Positions 15,201 through 27,507 of a stretch of DNA of 64,000 nt are shown here, in pieces. Source of the DNA: Antedon mediterranea (lineage: Eukaryota; Animalia; Echinodermata); contig NC_092672.1 in NCBI RefSeq assembly GCF_964355755.1, forward strand, positions 25,860,437 to 25,924,436. The letters run 5' to 3'. The notes beneath the pieces are model-generated. The model worked only from the letters and a program-made list of their open reading frames with translations. It was not told where the DNA came from and ran no database searches. Each line of letters starts with the position of its first letter. Positions within the stretch are counted from its first letter, which is position 1. A program made the position numbers and the translations under genes.

Positions 15201-18200
15201 CCAACAGGGTCAAAACGTCCTGCTGTGAAATTTCCCTAATTCAGTACTTACTCGCCAATATTTTTAACGTTGTTGTCGCCTAGGATTTTGAAGTTTTCAA
15301 GTAAAAAAAACAACAAAACTTTAAGATTTTATATAAAAAGCGTCAGATTTTAGGTGCGTAAGAATCACGCCATATGCGCGGGACTTAACATGTAGGAGTA
15401 TATTGTAGAGGACCACTTCAATGCCCTAATTGTTTTGATTCTTATTTAAGTTTATACTTAAGTATTTATACGCAAGAATAAGAATAGTGAATAAATGTGT
15501 ACAATACTATTCAGTATCACACAGATCTATTAACGGTTTATTTTAAGTAGACCTCTTATGTGGTGTTGTGTTGTTGTAAAATACTTCGAATAACATTTTC
15601 CTGATTTCAATTGAATGAAATAAATCAATAACTGATTTCTTGGTATTGAGATTTTTATCTTACTATAAAACATTTTTTTTTTTTAAATACATAAATATTA
15701 TTTATGTATTTTTTAATCCACTATTATAGTCATGGCGTTGACGCCTAAATAAATAAAACGAATGAACCTCGAAATGTGGTTGCTGTTGATGGTAGCCACG
15801 TGTGACTGAACAGTTTAACTTGCGCAGATGGCGTTTCACTCGACTCGATGCGTAGTCGAGTGGCGCGCCGTAACATATTTCAATTTCAATAAATTCTTGT
15901 TATATCTAAGAGACGAAGTCAAGAAAAACTGTTTTCCTATGCCTCATGGTACCACACTTATAGAAAAAGAAACTCTCCCCACATGAACTCCCACTCTCTT
16001 AATGTAAAGGAGTAAAACCAACTCTTTTAGAGTAATAGTCACTCTTTTTAAGAGTGATAGTAAGGACCACTATTAAAAGAGTGAAACCACTCTTTGAAAA
16101 GAGTGAATCGCTCAAATGTTTTAAAGTGTGGTTTTCACTCTTTCAAGAATGATTCTAATACCACTCTTCAAAATCATTTAAAAGTTTCACTCTAAACAAA
16201 TAGAGACATTTTCACTCATTTACAATAAGAGAGTATAGCGTGGACTTGTGAAAATGTACACATTTTGCAGTTAATTCAATGACATTCAAATCACAAACTA
16301 AGGGTATACAAGTGAAACTAACTTCTGAAGAATCAAATAACAGCCATTTTAAAAACATAAACAGAAACTAGTATTAGAAATTAACACATATTCTTTCCTA
16401 ATCACGTGGTAGATATAACATATCTACCACGTGATTTGGAAATGGTGTACAGTAGGCCTATCATCGACAGTAGTCCGAATGTGTAAAGGAAGCATAGATA
16501 ATCTAAATGTCAGTTACTGTTAAAAGGAAATGTTTATCGTGATAGAGTTCATGTGCAGTAATAAAATGCTGTTGTTTTATAAATTTACAATCGGCCATCT
16601 TGTTAAATAGGCCTAGACATTATATTGTTCATTTGCTAGGAAAGCGCCTGATTTGACAGGTCACGACTGTTTTTATGTTAACCCCAAAAACGAAATTATG
16701 TACAATCATGTATTGTTGTAGAACTGTTATTTCTGTGGTTATTGTTTCTTTTTACGTTCTGTCTCTGAATGAATGTCTCATTGCCAAAACAGTAGGCCTA
16801 CCACTTCGTAATCCCATAACGGTGGTGTAGGCCTGTAAGACGTAACACCCTTTCTCGTCCTGAGAAAGACGTCCTAATATTGATTTGATGTTAAATCGGT
16901 TGATGGAGTGATGTTAGTTTTAATGCAGCAGGCGGTAAAGGAAGATAAACAAGTACGATTATTTATAAAATAACCAAATCATGTGCATTTAAGAAACGTG
17001 AATCGGAACATGTTTATACACAAGTTGTATTTATAATTGTTATTTAAACAATCTTTTAACTTACAAGTTACATAAAAGTTATTATTTGTTTTAGGCAAAC
17101 ACAGACCCCTTCTGAAGTAGAGACCCGCAAGGAATATATAGAAGCATCCATTTTGAGCAAAGTCAATCTTGATCCTCTAAATGAAAAAGACGATTCCAAC
17201 ACCTTCAAAAGTAACATCGAAAATTACATTGGCACGGTGAAAGTTCCAGTAGGGGCAGTTCAGGTACAAGTTAACGGTAGTCATGCAAATGGAAAATACA
17301 CAGTCCCATTGGCAACAACAGAAACGTCTTTAGTCGGAACCTGCAACAGAGGATGTCAGTTGATCAATATGTGCGGTGGTGTTGAGTCAGTAGTCATCAA
17401 GAAACAAGTCCAGAGTGCGCCGATCTTTCACTTTGAAAGTATTCGTTTAGCTGTGAAGTTTAATGAATGGCTAGGCCTACCAGCGACATTTGAGTCTGTC
17501 AAAACCAATGCAATTGCCGTTGTTGAAGAGGCTGTTCTTGTCAAACTCGAACACTCTGTGCATGGCAACTGTGTGTACTCTCGTTGGTACTTCGATACTG
17601 GAGAAGCAGTTGGTCAGAATATCTCTACTTATGCTACAAAGGAAGCTATGGAGTCAATCTTAAAAGAAGCACCCGTCCAACCGAGTAGCTGGGACCTTGA
17701 CGTCGGACTTGCTAGGAACAGACAAGCGGCAACTAGTCTGATGATAGACGGACGTGGTGTCTATGTAACTGGAGAAGTCGTTTGCCCAAAGGAGAAGGTA
17801 GAAGAGATACTACACGTGTCAGGTAAGTGAAACCAAATAAGTAATTATTTTTTATCGAACATTTCTTACTACGGAATTTATCTAGAATTTGTGTAGGCCT
17901 ATTTACGTTTGTAACTTTGTGATTACACATATTTATATCATGTACTGCACTAACATTATTTAATTTGTAAATTAAGAGATTATGATTGTCTTATGTCACC
18001 CAAAAGTTACATAAACAAAATGTAATGGTCATTACGCCTATGCATGGTTTATTATAACTTATCATTTTGTATTTGACATTTAAAATAAATGTCAATTAAG
18101 TCGACGTTCTATTTCGATTTTGAAATAGAAAACCCATTATTAAGTGTGTTTACTAAAATGGCAACAAGTCTATGAGATTAGTTTTCTTTCTATCAGTGTT

Positions 18201-21200
18201 CATATATAATTGCGTAAGAGAAGGTCATCGCTGCATCAGGAAACACTGTAATTTTCATCAATTTAACTTCTGTGAAGAAGTTATAAGCAAATTGTATTAT
18301 TTGCATGGAAGTCGACCCCTGGGAACACTTGTTAGTCCTCGTACTCTGTAATAGTATCTACATTGTGGTTATTATAAAATATATTTATAAATGTCGAGAC
18401 ACCTTCAGTACGCACTCGATTTCTTTAGTCCTGCACATATGGCACAATTTTATCCAAATTATGTAACGCAGTGTCACTATGCAGGTCCATATATAAATTG
18501 TAATGGTACCGGTACGCTACTTCTGTAGCCTATGATACAGACGTTACATGTTATGCACTGTTTTACAGAATTTGCTGATGATACTGGACAAAGATATTGG
18601 GGTAAATGCGCTCCATGGGCAAGGGAAGCTTAGGCATAGACGAAGTTAAACATTTAGAATAGAAAATTCAACATAGAAAGTTATAAGAGTTAACTAATTA
18701 TTATTATGCTCTACATGTGTATTGTAATGGTACATTCAAGCTTTAAGGCGCAAATTATTGCATTTTAGTATTAAAGTCAAAATGGCTTCCGTTATTGTAA
18801 ACGATCTTGATTGCGCCATAATCAATTCTAATCAGCAGAATAATTTGGCAGGGTTTAGGTAGCCATTTTTCATCGAAATATAGATTGAATCATGTATACA
18901 GTTGTTGTTATCTTTACAATTGCAGCCGAGAAGCTGGCGTCTTTTTCAAGAGAGTCGAGAACATGGCAACTAATCTCTCATACCGCAGGTATGTTATTTT
19001 CTATAAAAATTTCTTTCAAAGCGTTTGATTACTTAATCCGTTTAATTCAAACGTATGCGTAATCGAATCGTATTGGCAAAGATTCTATACTGAAAATTAT
19101 AATACTTTGGCATGCCGTTATAGACAACCATTGGCCCATTTCATGGCAAGAATACATCTTTCTGTTCCTGAGAGTGCATCCGGATTTTTGTTATAGACTT
19201 TTTCTAATAGTGCAGGGGCGTAAATGTGGACTACTCATTTTAGTATCATAAATAAATAGGTACAGTTATAAGCGAGTGTCTTATCTTGTCAGTGGTGGGT
19301 GGGTGGTTGTATGACTGACGCTTATTTTAACCTCAGAAAGAAATCTATTATTTTATCCAAAGTTCGGCAGTATAAAATAAGCTACGTTTCACTTCATGTA
19401 GCTTTATACATCCGATACAATACTAACATTTCCGAGAATTTTATAAGTATGTTCAATCGGTACGCAGAACCTAGGAATTTGAGTTGGTGTGTTCGAACTG
19501 TTTACAAAATATACCGCCCTCTTTAGTTAGCATAATTTCATTCGCTTTCTTATACCGTCAGATTACTAGTTTACTATTACTAGGAATCGTTATATTATTA
19601 AATCATTGATGCCATTCATTTAATCTAGACTTATCTTTCTTGCATGATGAAATTATGATCAATGTAGCATGATCTGCAATTTCGCATGCTATCTTCTCCG
19701 ACTTTCTCTTTGTTTTGGTTCCTTTCCTCTTAATTCCCCTGTGGTATGATTTCATTATTACTTAACTGATTCATTACTCATGCACTGTCTATGCACATAT
19801 TTATAGGCTCAGGAATAATTGATAAAGTTATAAAACACTAATCTCTGTAGAAGATGATCATTGCCCGCCGCGTTGAACCAATTGCCGCGGCGTTGAACCG
19901 ATTGAAAGTTTTAATCCTTCGTCTGGTACAATGAGTCACATGGGTGTTTTGCATCGAGAGATATCGATTAAAAATGCTCTGTTTAACAAACCCGAAATTT
20001 GTACTATTTATAATGTGACTATACCGCCACATTTATTATAAATCTTGTTAATGGTGTAAGGGAGGGGTTTATTTTGTTTACTGGATTGTCCACATGTATT
20101 CCGTCAGAATTAAGACTTTCTGAAGAATAAGGTATATAGTAATGTGCATTATGATAGCCAGTGCGCCTACTCGCCCTGCGTTTTAGTACTTAATGTAACA
20201 CAAGCAACACTCGCACATGTCAATAAATAACACTATGCGTAACAATCTAGATCCAGTATTATCAACATGGCCTTATCTAGGTCCGTCATTGAAAACGTGA
20301 CCTTATTCAGGTCCGTAATAACGCAATGAACTCATCTAGGTATGTTATCTTAGTAGGATATTAAAATCGATTTACTTATATTATATTAGGATGTCTATTT
20401 GAAAAGCGTGATTTTCTTGCAAATCGTGCGTTCTTAATTTTCTCCCTCAGTATTATGACATACAATAACATTTAGTTAACAACAGTTTTCAATTTATTTA
20501 GCATTATCCAGAGTAATATGAGTCATTAGTTATACTCGTATCCGATTGTCCCAAAATGTTATAACCATCATATTTATGTCAACATACAAGATGAATAACG
20601 ATGTTACTATGTGAAAAATGAAAGGTGATTCATACACCTTGACTTTAGATGCTGGGAATACTAACACATTATATTTGATCTATTTTAGATGATATCTAAC
20701 AGGATAGTACATTTTATTTGAATTGAAATTAATATTTAATAACTAAACTTTTGTTTATTTTATGTTTGCTGCTAATAATAACACATCTGAATAAATTTTA
20801 AAGTGGCGGATTCCATCCGATATCTAGATTTCCCAGTAAAAATATGCAATACAGCATGTAGCCTAGTATCAGAGGCCATTAACTGATCCTTAACCTCACC
20901 ATGGCACATGTGATACACATGTGATACTGTATTACCGAATTGGTCTAAGATAGAGTAAACATGTTGTCGTATGTGAGATGTGAGAGATAGGCATACATCA
21001 GTAGTATTACCTTGTCCCTGATACGTTGGGAGATAAGCAGGCATTCAAATGAAAACCAATACTTAAACTTAGTTGGCAGCCATTACATTCAGATCGACTT
21101 ATTTCAGGGTTAACCATTTTAAATATTATACATCATAGGCCTATCTAAAATTGTAATAGTGCCTTTACAATTATCTGTATTTGTCCATTATATGGGGAAA

Positions 21201-22964
21201 TAATGCTACTAATTTAAAAACAGAAATGTAGGAAAATCCGCTTCTTTAATTTATTTTTACAATTTTATTTATTTTGTTGGTTTACGTTTTACTAACATTT
21301 TACCGCAAAGCTATTACTAACGTTGGTTCTTAGTTTTGGGCTTCTCATCTTCCAAAGCGCCCTCACATACAGTTTCTTCAAACATTCATCTCGAAGGCTC
21401 GACATACCAATCTGCCAGGGTGATCGCAGCAATACTGGTTGCCAGTGGGCTGGATGCGGCCGCCGTAGTTGAATCGCACGTCGGGATCTCTGATATGAAG
21501 CTAACCAAGAACGGTGACCTTCGAGTTATTGTTACTCTGCCATCGCTGATGATAGGGACAACTGGAGGAGGAACCAAGCTACCAAGCCAACAGGTAAAGT
21601 TAATACATTTTTGGAAAACCTGTCCATTAATGGGGCTTCATCTGTACATAATAAGGGCCGTGAGGACACTGTTCCCAAAACCTCAATAGGCAAAGTGGCA
21701 AACATATTGATATCCACGCCTAAGGCGCAAAACAATGACGTACACACAACCCAAGTAATTTGGCCAATCACAGGCGACAGTTTGATGATCATTCGTTTGT
21801 GATTGGTGGAATTAGTGATACGTACGTTCTGGTATACTAGTGGTACTGTAATACTAAACTCATCTTAACGTGAGAATTCGAGGGCTGCTTTAATGCTGCA
21901 AAGAATCCTGTAATAACGTTACTCTTTGATTGCAAAATAATTTTCCACTAGAAACAATTAATTTATTGAAATGTTTCAACATACAGCACCCAATATTAAA
22001 TGTCACGCTATAATATTCTTGGATCTTCTTTAACTAATGCAAATCATAGATATCATAATCTTTGGCGTTTGAAGTAATTTTCAAGGACAATCAGAAAAGT
22101 AGATTCCAAGAAGATAATTAATAACCATCAACTTATTTATATAATAAAGATTTAAGACGTTCATATTATATGCATTTCCTGAACTGCTGGAATAGATACT
22201 GCTGAGTCATTGGCAAAAAATACGATATTGAATATACCAGATTCCCTATAGGGTACGAGGTTCATATTTGGACAACATATTTTGAAATTACAGCTATTCG
22301 TTGGTTTCGATATTTTCGAAATTCGGCTAAATCAAACCAATATCAGCAAAGATAGTAGCGGGGATATAAAATGTTTGCTATCACAGCAATATGCAAAATG
22401 TTTAATTTGTGTTTTTCATGACGTGCCACTCGAATACAGCTGTCCAGTTAAAATACATATATAATATGTGGGCGCTCAGAAGCATTATGAGCATGCACAA
22501 AATGTATGTTAGACGATTAACCGGCTTGGTAGTCGCATTGGCATATCGCAAAAACAGGAGGTCGCCACTATCTACTTAACTAGCACCTTCCACTGAATTA
22601 ACATAACGATTACAAAAAATATTTTTTATAGGCATGTCTTCAGATTATTGACCTCCCGGAAGAGAAAAGTAGAGAAGCATTTGCAGAGGTCGTCCTGGCT
22701 GCAGTGTTAGGTGGTGAAATAGGTATGTGTGCTGCAATGATTAGCCACCATTTTGTAAACAAGAAAAAACGAACTGAGTCAGAAACACCATCTACATCTT
22801 TGCCAAACGGAAATTCGGTCATCGAAGAAGATAAAGCTGGTGAAGCAGCCGCCGAAAAGCTCAATGGCGATGCCACTCCGAGTGAACAAGTCAATGGTGA
22901 CTCGGCACCAGGAGAAGTTAAAGAGGAGACCAAAAAAGAAGATAAAAAAGACCAAAGCAACTGA
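6279..22964 (+). CDS. Divergent soluble class I HMG-CoA reductase-like protein (about 469 aa, no membrane/sterol-sensing domain)
   Basis: Exons: 6279-6367 (MPSKFINKLRPKKKKDK...; GTAAGT, phase 2), 17095-17822, 18926-18988, 21397-21593 (in-frame alternative acceptors at 21334 and 21373), 22632-22964 (TGA). All junctions are GT-AG and phase-compatible. HMGR motifs: NIENYIGTVKVPVG, VPLATTE, TGEAVGQN, GRG, GLDAAAVVES, VTLPSLMIGTTGGGT-LPSQQACL, AEVVLAAVLGGE. Exon 1 rests on phase and donor quality across a 10.7 kb intron and is the least certain part. Confidence 0.88.
8111..8241. mobile_element. Palindromic MITE
   Basis: 21-bp TIR agctctgtctacactatcaaa / tttgatagtgtagacagggct (1 mismatch), internal tgatgtgcc/ggcacatca symmetry, TAA on the 5' flank. 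Confidence 0.7.
13633..13954. repeat. Diverged tandem duplication, about 157-bp unit x2
   Basis: ttaaacgattatgaaa...tgtgtttatagttt(t)atcaatagatag...aagttttaac...tatggc...tgcct is repeated at 13633 and about 13790. Confidence 0.8.
15993..16234. mobile_element. MITE with internal CACTCTT/AAGAGTG repeats
   Basis: TIR actctcttaatgtaaa / tttacaataagagagt and multiple internal cactctt...aagagtg mini-hairpins. A related fragment lies at about 33810-33932. Confidence 0.65.
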
Positions 22965-24291
22965 ATAGATACTAGTGAAACAATATGAATGTAAATCAGA
23001 AATCTCATTACAATATTTTAAATAACGTTACTGATTTAGTTAATGCTGCATGTTGAAACTTGTACACTCAACCCTCTTCGTTTAGTCATTGGTGGATAAA
23101 CCGAATAATGCTACGTGTATCAAATTCCAGTTAAAGTAACGTGGGCCAAAGTACGCTCACTATCAAATTACACAGGTAAACCCGTATTAATTTTTTCAAT
23201 GCAAAAGTGAAATTTATTTCACGTTACAATCCCAAAAATATAATCTAATTTGGTACAGTACAGTTTCTTGTAAATGTAAAAATGAATGAATTTGGCCAAC
23301 CGACAAAAGTGAAACAACACGTTGATAAGTGGGCGCTTTCAAAATCAGTACCAATCAAGGCTGAAATGAGAAACTGAAATAACATAGTTACAAAATAATT
23401 ATTGGGGGCGCTAGACAAGATTGTTTGTTCGTCAACCAATACAGCAGCTCCCTCTATTTATGAAATGTATAAGTTCTGATTCGTCCCTTCCTCAATAGTT
23501 TATTAGATAAAACGATAAAACTACGACTACAATATTATTCAGAGGGCACACTACGAATCAAAAAAACACAAATCTATCCAAGGTACATCCCTGTTCAGAA
23601 GACACTTTCTGTTAAAATGAAAACAAAAGGCAATATACAAATATATATTTTGTAACACTACAGGGGACACTTTCATCGTTCCACCGTCTAATACTGTGCA
23701 GCAGCAAATCAAAAACAAATCTTACCTGCTTAACTTTTCATTAAATTGACGATTGGGTATTATTATCAATTTGCATGAATTTATAGACCAAATATTGAAA
23801 CGATTATTGTTATCAAATTGTTAAGTAGGCCTATTAAACGTATTTTTTTTTATATAGGCCCAATATAACTATATAAGTTTGTATAATATTATATGTTAAT
23901 TAGTAGATATTATATCCGTATAGTGGTAAAAATATCGGACTTTTACCGATATATTATATTAAACAATGTATATACAATTATTACAAATATAATCTGATGT
24001 TAATTGAATGTTTGTTTATGACGCGTCGAAGTATAGTAGTATTCAGGGTAGTTTTTATGAAGTAATAATTCCTAAAATGTACTTTACGTTTTCACAAATC
24101 ACCACGTGCATACGTAGCTGTCTAGTAAATACATCATTCTGCGCACGCTTAGAAACATATGAACCGCGCATATTTGCCACCACGTAGACGCACGGCGTGT
24201 TGTAAAAACGAAAGCTTGCTATTATATTAAAAAAAAACTATGATGAACACCTACTCGAGTTGACGTGTGCTTGGTGATGAGGTGTGATTAA

Positions 24292-24425
24292 AGCTTGGTT
24301 TCCACATGGACACAACGAAAGACCGTTAGCGCGCCTTAATGTATTTTACCAATCACGACGCGGTGATTGGTCAACTCGCTTGCGTTGTACCTGTGTCTTT
24401 GGGAACGCTAAGTGGGAACTAAGCT
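24292..24425. mobile_element. PIF/Harbinger MITE family 1 copy b (degenerate)
   Basis: agcttggtttccac...gtgggaactaagct flanked by TAA/TAA; shares the gtgattggtcaactc core with the 3123 copy. Confidence 0.7.
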
Positions 24426-25184
24426 TAAATCAAGAATTTTTATAGATGACAAGTATTTGTCACATATAAAGTATAATACGGGTTTTTTTTCTTGTTGATT
24501 TTTGTTATATGCTTTTGTATATATTATAAATATATCTTTTATAATAGAGGTCTAAAATTTAAAGCTTGTAAATACAGAATTATTGTAACCGGAATTTTGT
24601 ATTGATAATGCAGACGGCGATTGGCTGAAAGATAGATTAGTAAAATATAGCTTCTTCTTGCCCTACTAGTTGCATGGTGATTATACCTAAACACTAAACA
24701 CACACAGAATAGGCATGCCTACTGGATATCAATATATTCACCATGCCATTGACAACATACTGATTACCTATGATAGATTGATTAAACATTGTATCTCTAT
24801 TGCAAAATTTCGAAATAATTAATAAAATTACACATTTCCCCAGTCAATTAGAGTTTCTTATTGTACGCCTTAATGTTAAAAATAAATCGCTTCTGATAAT
24901 TATTAAATTAACCAAACGATAATTCACCTTGAAATTTGACCTTTGAAACTATGTAAATTGAAGTTATGCTGCTTTTTTTTGTAAAATACATGTTATAATA
25001 AAAAGCTATACACGGACAATTAGAAAATATTTTGTTTATTTGGTATTAAATTTTACACATTGATTTGAATAAAATAACATCTCTATTATAATAAATAGAA
25101 ATGTTTATGTTCTGAACACTAACTACGTACTCTCGGTCATTTTTGACGAATGCTGCATTAAACTAAATAATAACATAATAGAGT

Positions 25185-25530
25185 GAGTCAGTGGCCGAGC
25201 GGTTAAGACATTGGAACCGTAATTACGTAGCCATAACATCGGCAAGGGTTCGAGGCTCACTCGCTTCATGGTTCTGGTGGTAGAACGAGTCTTCTCGGAT
25301 AAGGACTATAAACCGTAGGTCCAGTGTACACATAGCTCATGCGCACTTTAAAGAAGTGAAGTACAGAAGTACATCCTTCGAGACGAGTAGGGGGTTACCC
25401 CGGTGTACTAGTCCACACAAACACAGCCACTGTCACACACAGCCACTGTTACAGGTGTTTACCACTTGTTGGTCCAGATCTTTCACTAACTGAGTTCGTG
25501 AGAAGTCGAATAAATAAAAACAAAAAAACA
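25185..25530 (+). mobile_element. tRNA-derived SINE with Deu-domain-like body
   Basis: Pol III A box tggccgagcgg (about 25192) and B box ggttcgagg (about 25247). Central ctcggataaggactataaaccgtaggtcc...gagtagggggttaccccggtgt resembles the DeuSINE conserved domain (recalled, not aligned). A-rich tail. Confidence 0.75.
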
Positions 25531-27323
25531 TAATTATATAATTCTAAACGGTTTTACATCAAAATATACTATGATTCAAATTTCATTTAAAAGCACACTG
25601 TGTTACAGAGGAATATGTTATTTTCTTTGAATTAAAAATCAAGTCTATATATCCGCTTTCATATCGCGCCCTGATTCGGTCCGGTGAAAAATATCGTGAT
25701 GGAAAATGGGTTCAGTGGTAAAGCATAATATGATCGTACACACCACATTCGTACGATCTGAATCCGTAGCTTCATTGTTTTCTGAAATCGTTTTTTTTTC
25801 TTTTGTCCAATCAGCAGTGAGAATGAATTGACAACAGAATTCGTGCACGATGTGAAAGCCAGCTCAACAACGCTCGCGATATTTTTCTCAGTGCGCCGGA
25901 CCAAAATCGGAGGCGATGTGAAAATCTAGATAATAACCAGTAGCTTCATATGAAGGGCTATGGTGTTTAAACGAAACTGTGCACTCAAACGCCGATTTTT
26001 TAGTTCAGTAGGCCTAGTTTCCTGGTTTTTTAACCTCCAATTTTACAATAGATGTGCCAAGATTAGCTAATGGCATTGTGTAATTCATTACTTTAGCAAA
26101 CTGTCTAGGGATTTTTACTTCGAACTTCAATGGATTATGTTAATATTTTTGCAAGGACCGACATTCATTTTAAAAATATCAGGTTGATCTGCATCGGGTC
26201 TTTTAGTTTACCTTTTAAATTAAGTTCATTTCTCTTTTCTGTTAATTTTCATTATTTTTTTTCTTGCACGGCCTTCAGGAAAAACAATGAGTTTTCCGTA
26301 AGAAAATGAGGTATTATGCCTATTACTCTACTATAATGGCGTTGGATTTGTTTGTGCATAAGTGTCAGAATTGCGATCAAAATGAACAAAGAAATGTAAT
26401 GAAGGGCCACGTGATTCATTGTATGATGGCTAAAGAAAAATAGGTGAAACCAAATTATACCTTTACTTCAAGACGTGGCTATGATTTGTTATACCGTGAC
26501 GCGTATGTCTAAACATAACTGTTACGAAAAAAGAGTTTTACATTATTTTAACCTACTTTAAAAAGTAATGTCCTGGTAAAAATCATAAATCAAAAACGAA
26601 TATTACTTCTTAAAAGAAGTAATTTTCGTTTTTGATCTGTGCCTGGACAAACACATTTAACGCTTTAGTCTTTACTGACAACTTTTAAAAGTTCAAGGTA
26701 TTTAAGAAAATAAATTTTGTTCACTTTGTGTATAGGCCTTATGTTCAATTTTCACAAGTTGAAAGTTTTGATTTGTATTGATTTAAACGAGTTCGTTACC
26801 TAACAGAATGAGTACTACTTATTGCAACGAGTACTTTTCAGTAGAAATGTTTCTTATTTCAACGAGTTTATTTCCTTGTGGAATAAGTGGTGGTTCTGCA
26901 ATGGGTACGTTGTCAAGTTGTGCCATTGCAACGATTCGTTAACCAGTGGAATGAGCGGTGCTTGTAAAATACTAAGTTCCCATATGGAATTATTTGGCGG
27001 TGCTCAATTAAATAGTGGTTATAGGTCTATGTTAAGAGATACGCTTATTTATACATTGCCAGTGGAATGAGTGGTGTTTAAAATTGAAACGAATGTTGCA
27101 AATCATCGGAAATTCCAAACAATAAGTATATAGGTCTAATGAGTTTGGATAGATTATTCCATTTGTCAAAAATCAGAATTAACAAAAATAAAAGACCTTC
27201 CAACTTAGGATGAAATGAAATATCTGAAAGCATATCCAAACTATAGAGGGGGCTATAACATTAAAAAAAGCGTCACATCATAGAGGGCGCTTTTAAAATA
27301 AAGATATTGGAATCTATTAATTA

Positions 27324-27507
27324 AGGAGTACGTACACGTTAACTTTAACGGATGACGTCAACATTCTACTAATTTGCATAACAGTTTAGTTCAGCCAACA
27401 GTTGTGCAACGTAACGTACTTGTTCTGTTTTATTTCGCTTCGACGAGAAGTGTAGAACGCAACATGCGCGTTGCATGTTGGGAAATAGCGTTAAAGTTTA
27501 CGTGCTC
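27324..27507. mobile_element. MITE family 2 copy a
   Basis: Ends ggagtacgtacacgttaactttaacg / cgttaaagtttacgtgctc; the body is homologous to 60225-60696. Confidence 0.7.

Noticed and set aside
6368-17094. Nested gene or membrane-domain exons in the 10.7-kb intron
   Set aside because: The short ORFs show no recognisable motif or consistent splice chain; I cannot exclude small exons.
17095-22964. HMGR-like region as bacterial contamination, a pseudogene, or the canonical HMGCR
   Set aside because: It has spliceosomal introns, animal neighbours, and no stops or frameshifts, but lacks the membrane domain and key HMG-binding residues, so the HMGCR symbol was not assigned.
22640-23008. 122-aa minus-strand ORF (also 21386-21577 and 44870-45061)
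   Set aside because: Antisense shadows of real plus-strand exons.
25185-25270. tRNA gene
   Set aside because: A and B boxes are present but there is no convincing cloverleaf, and the sequence continues into a SINE body and A-rich tail.
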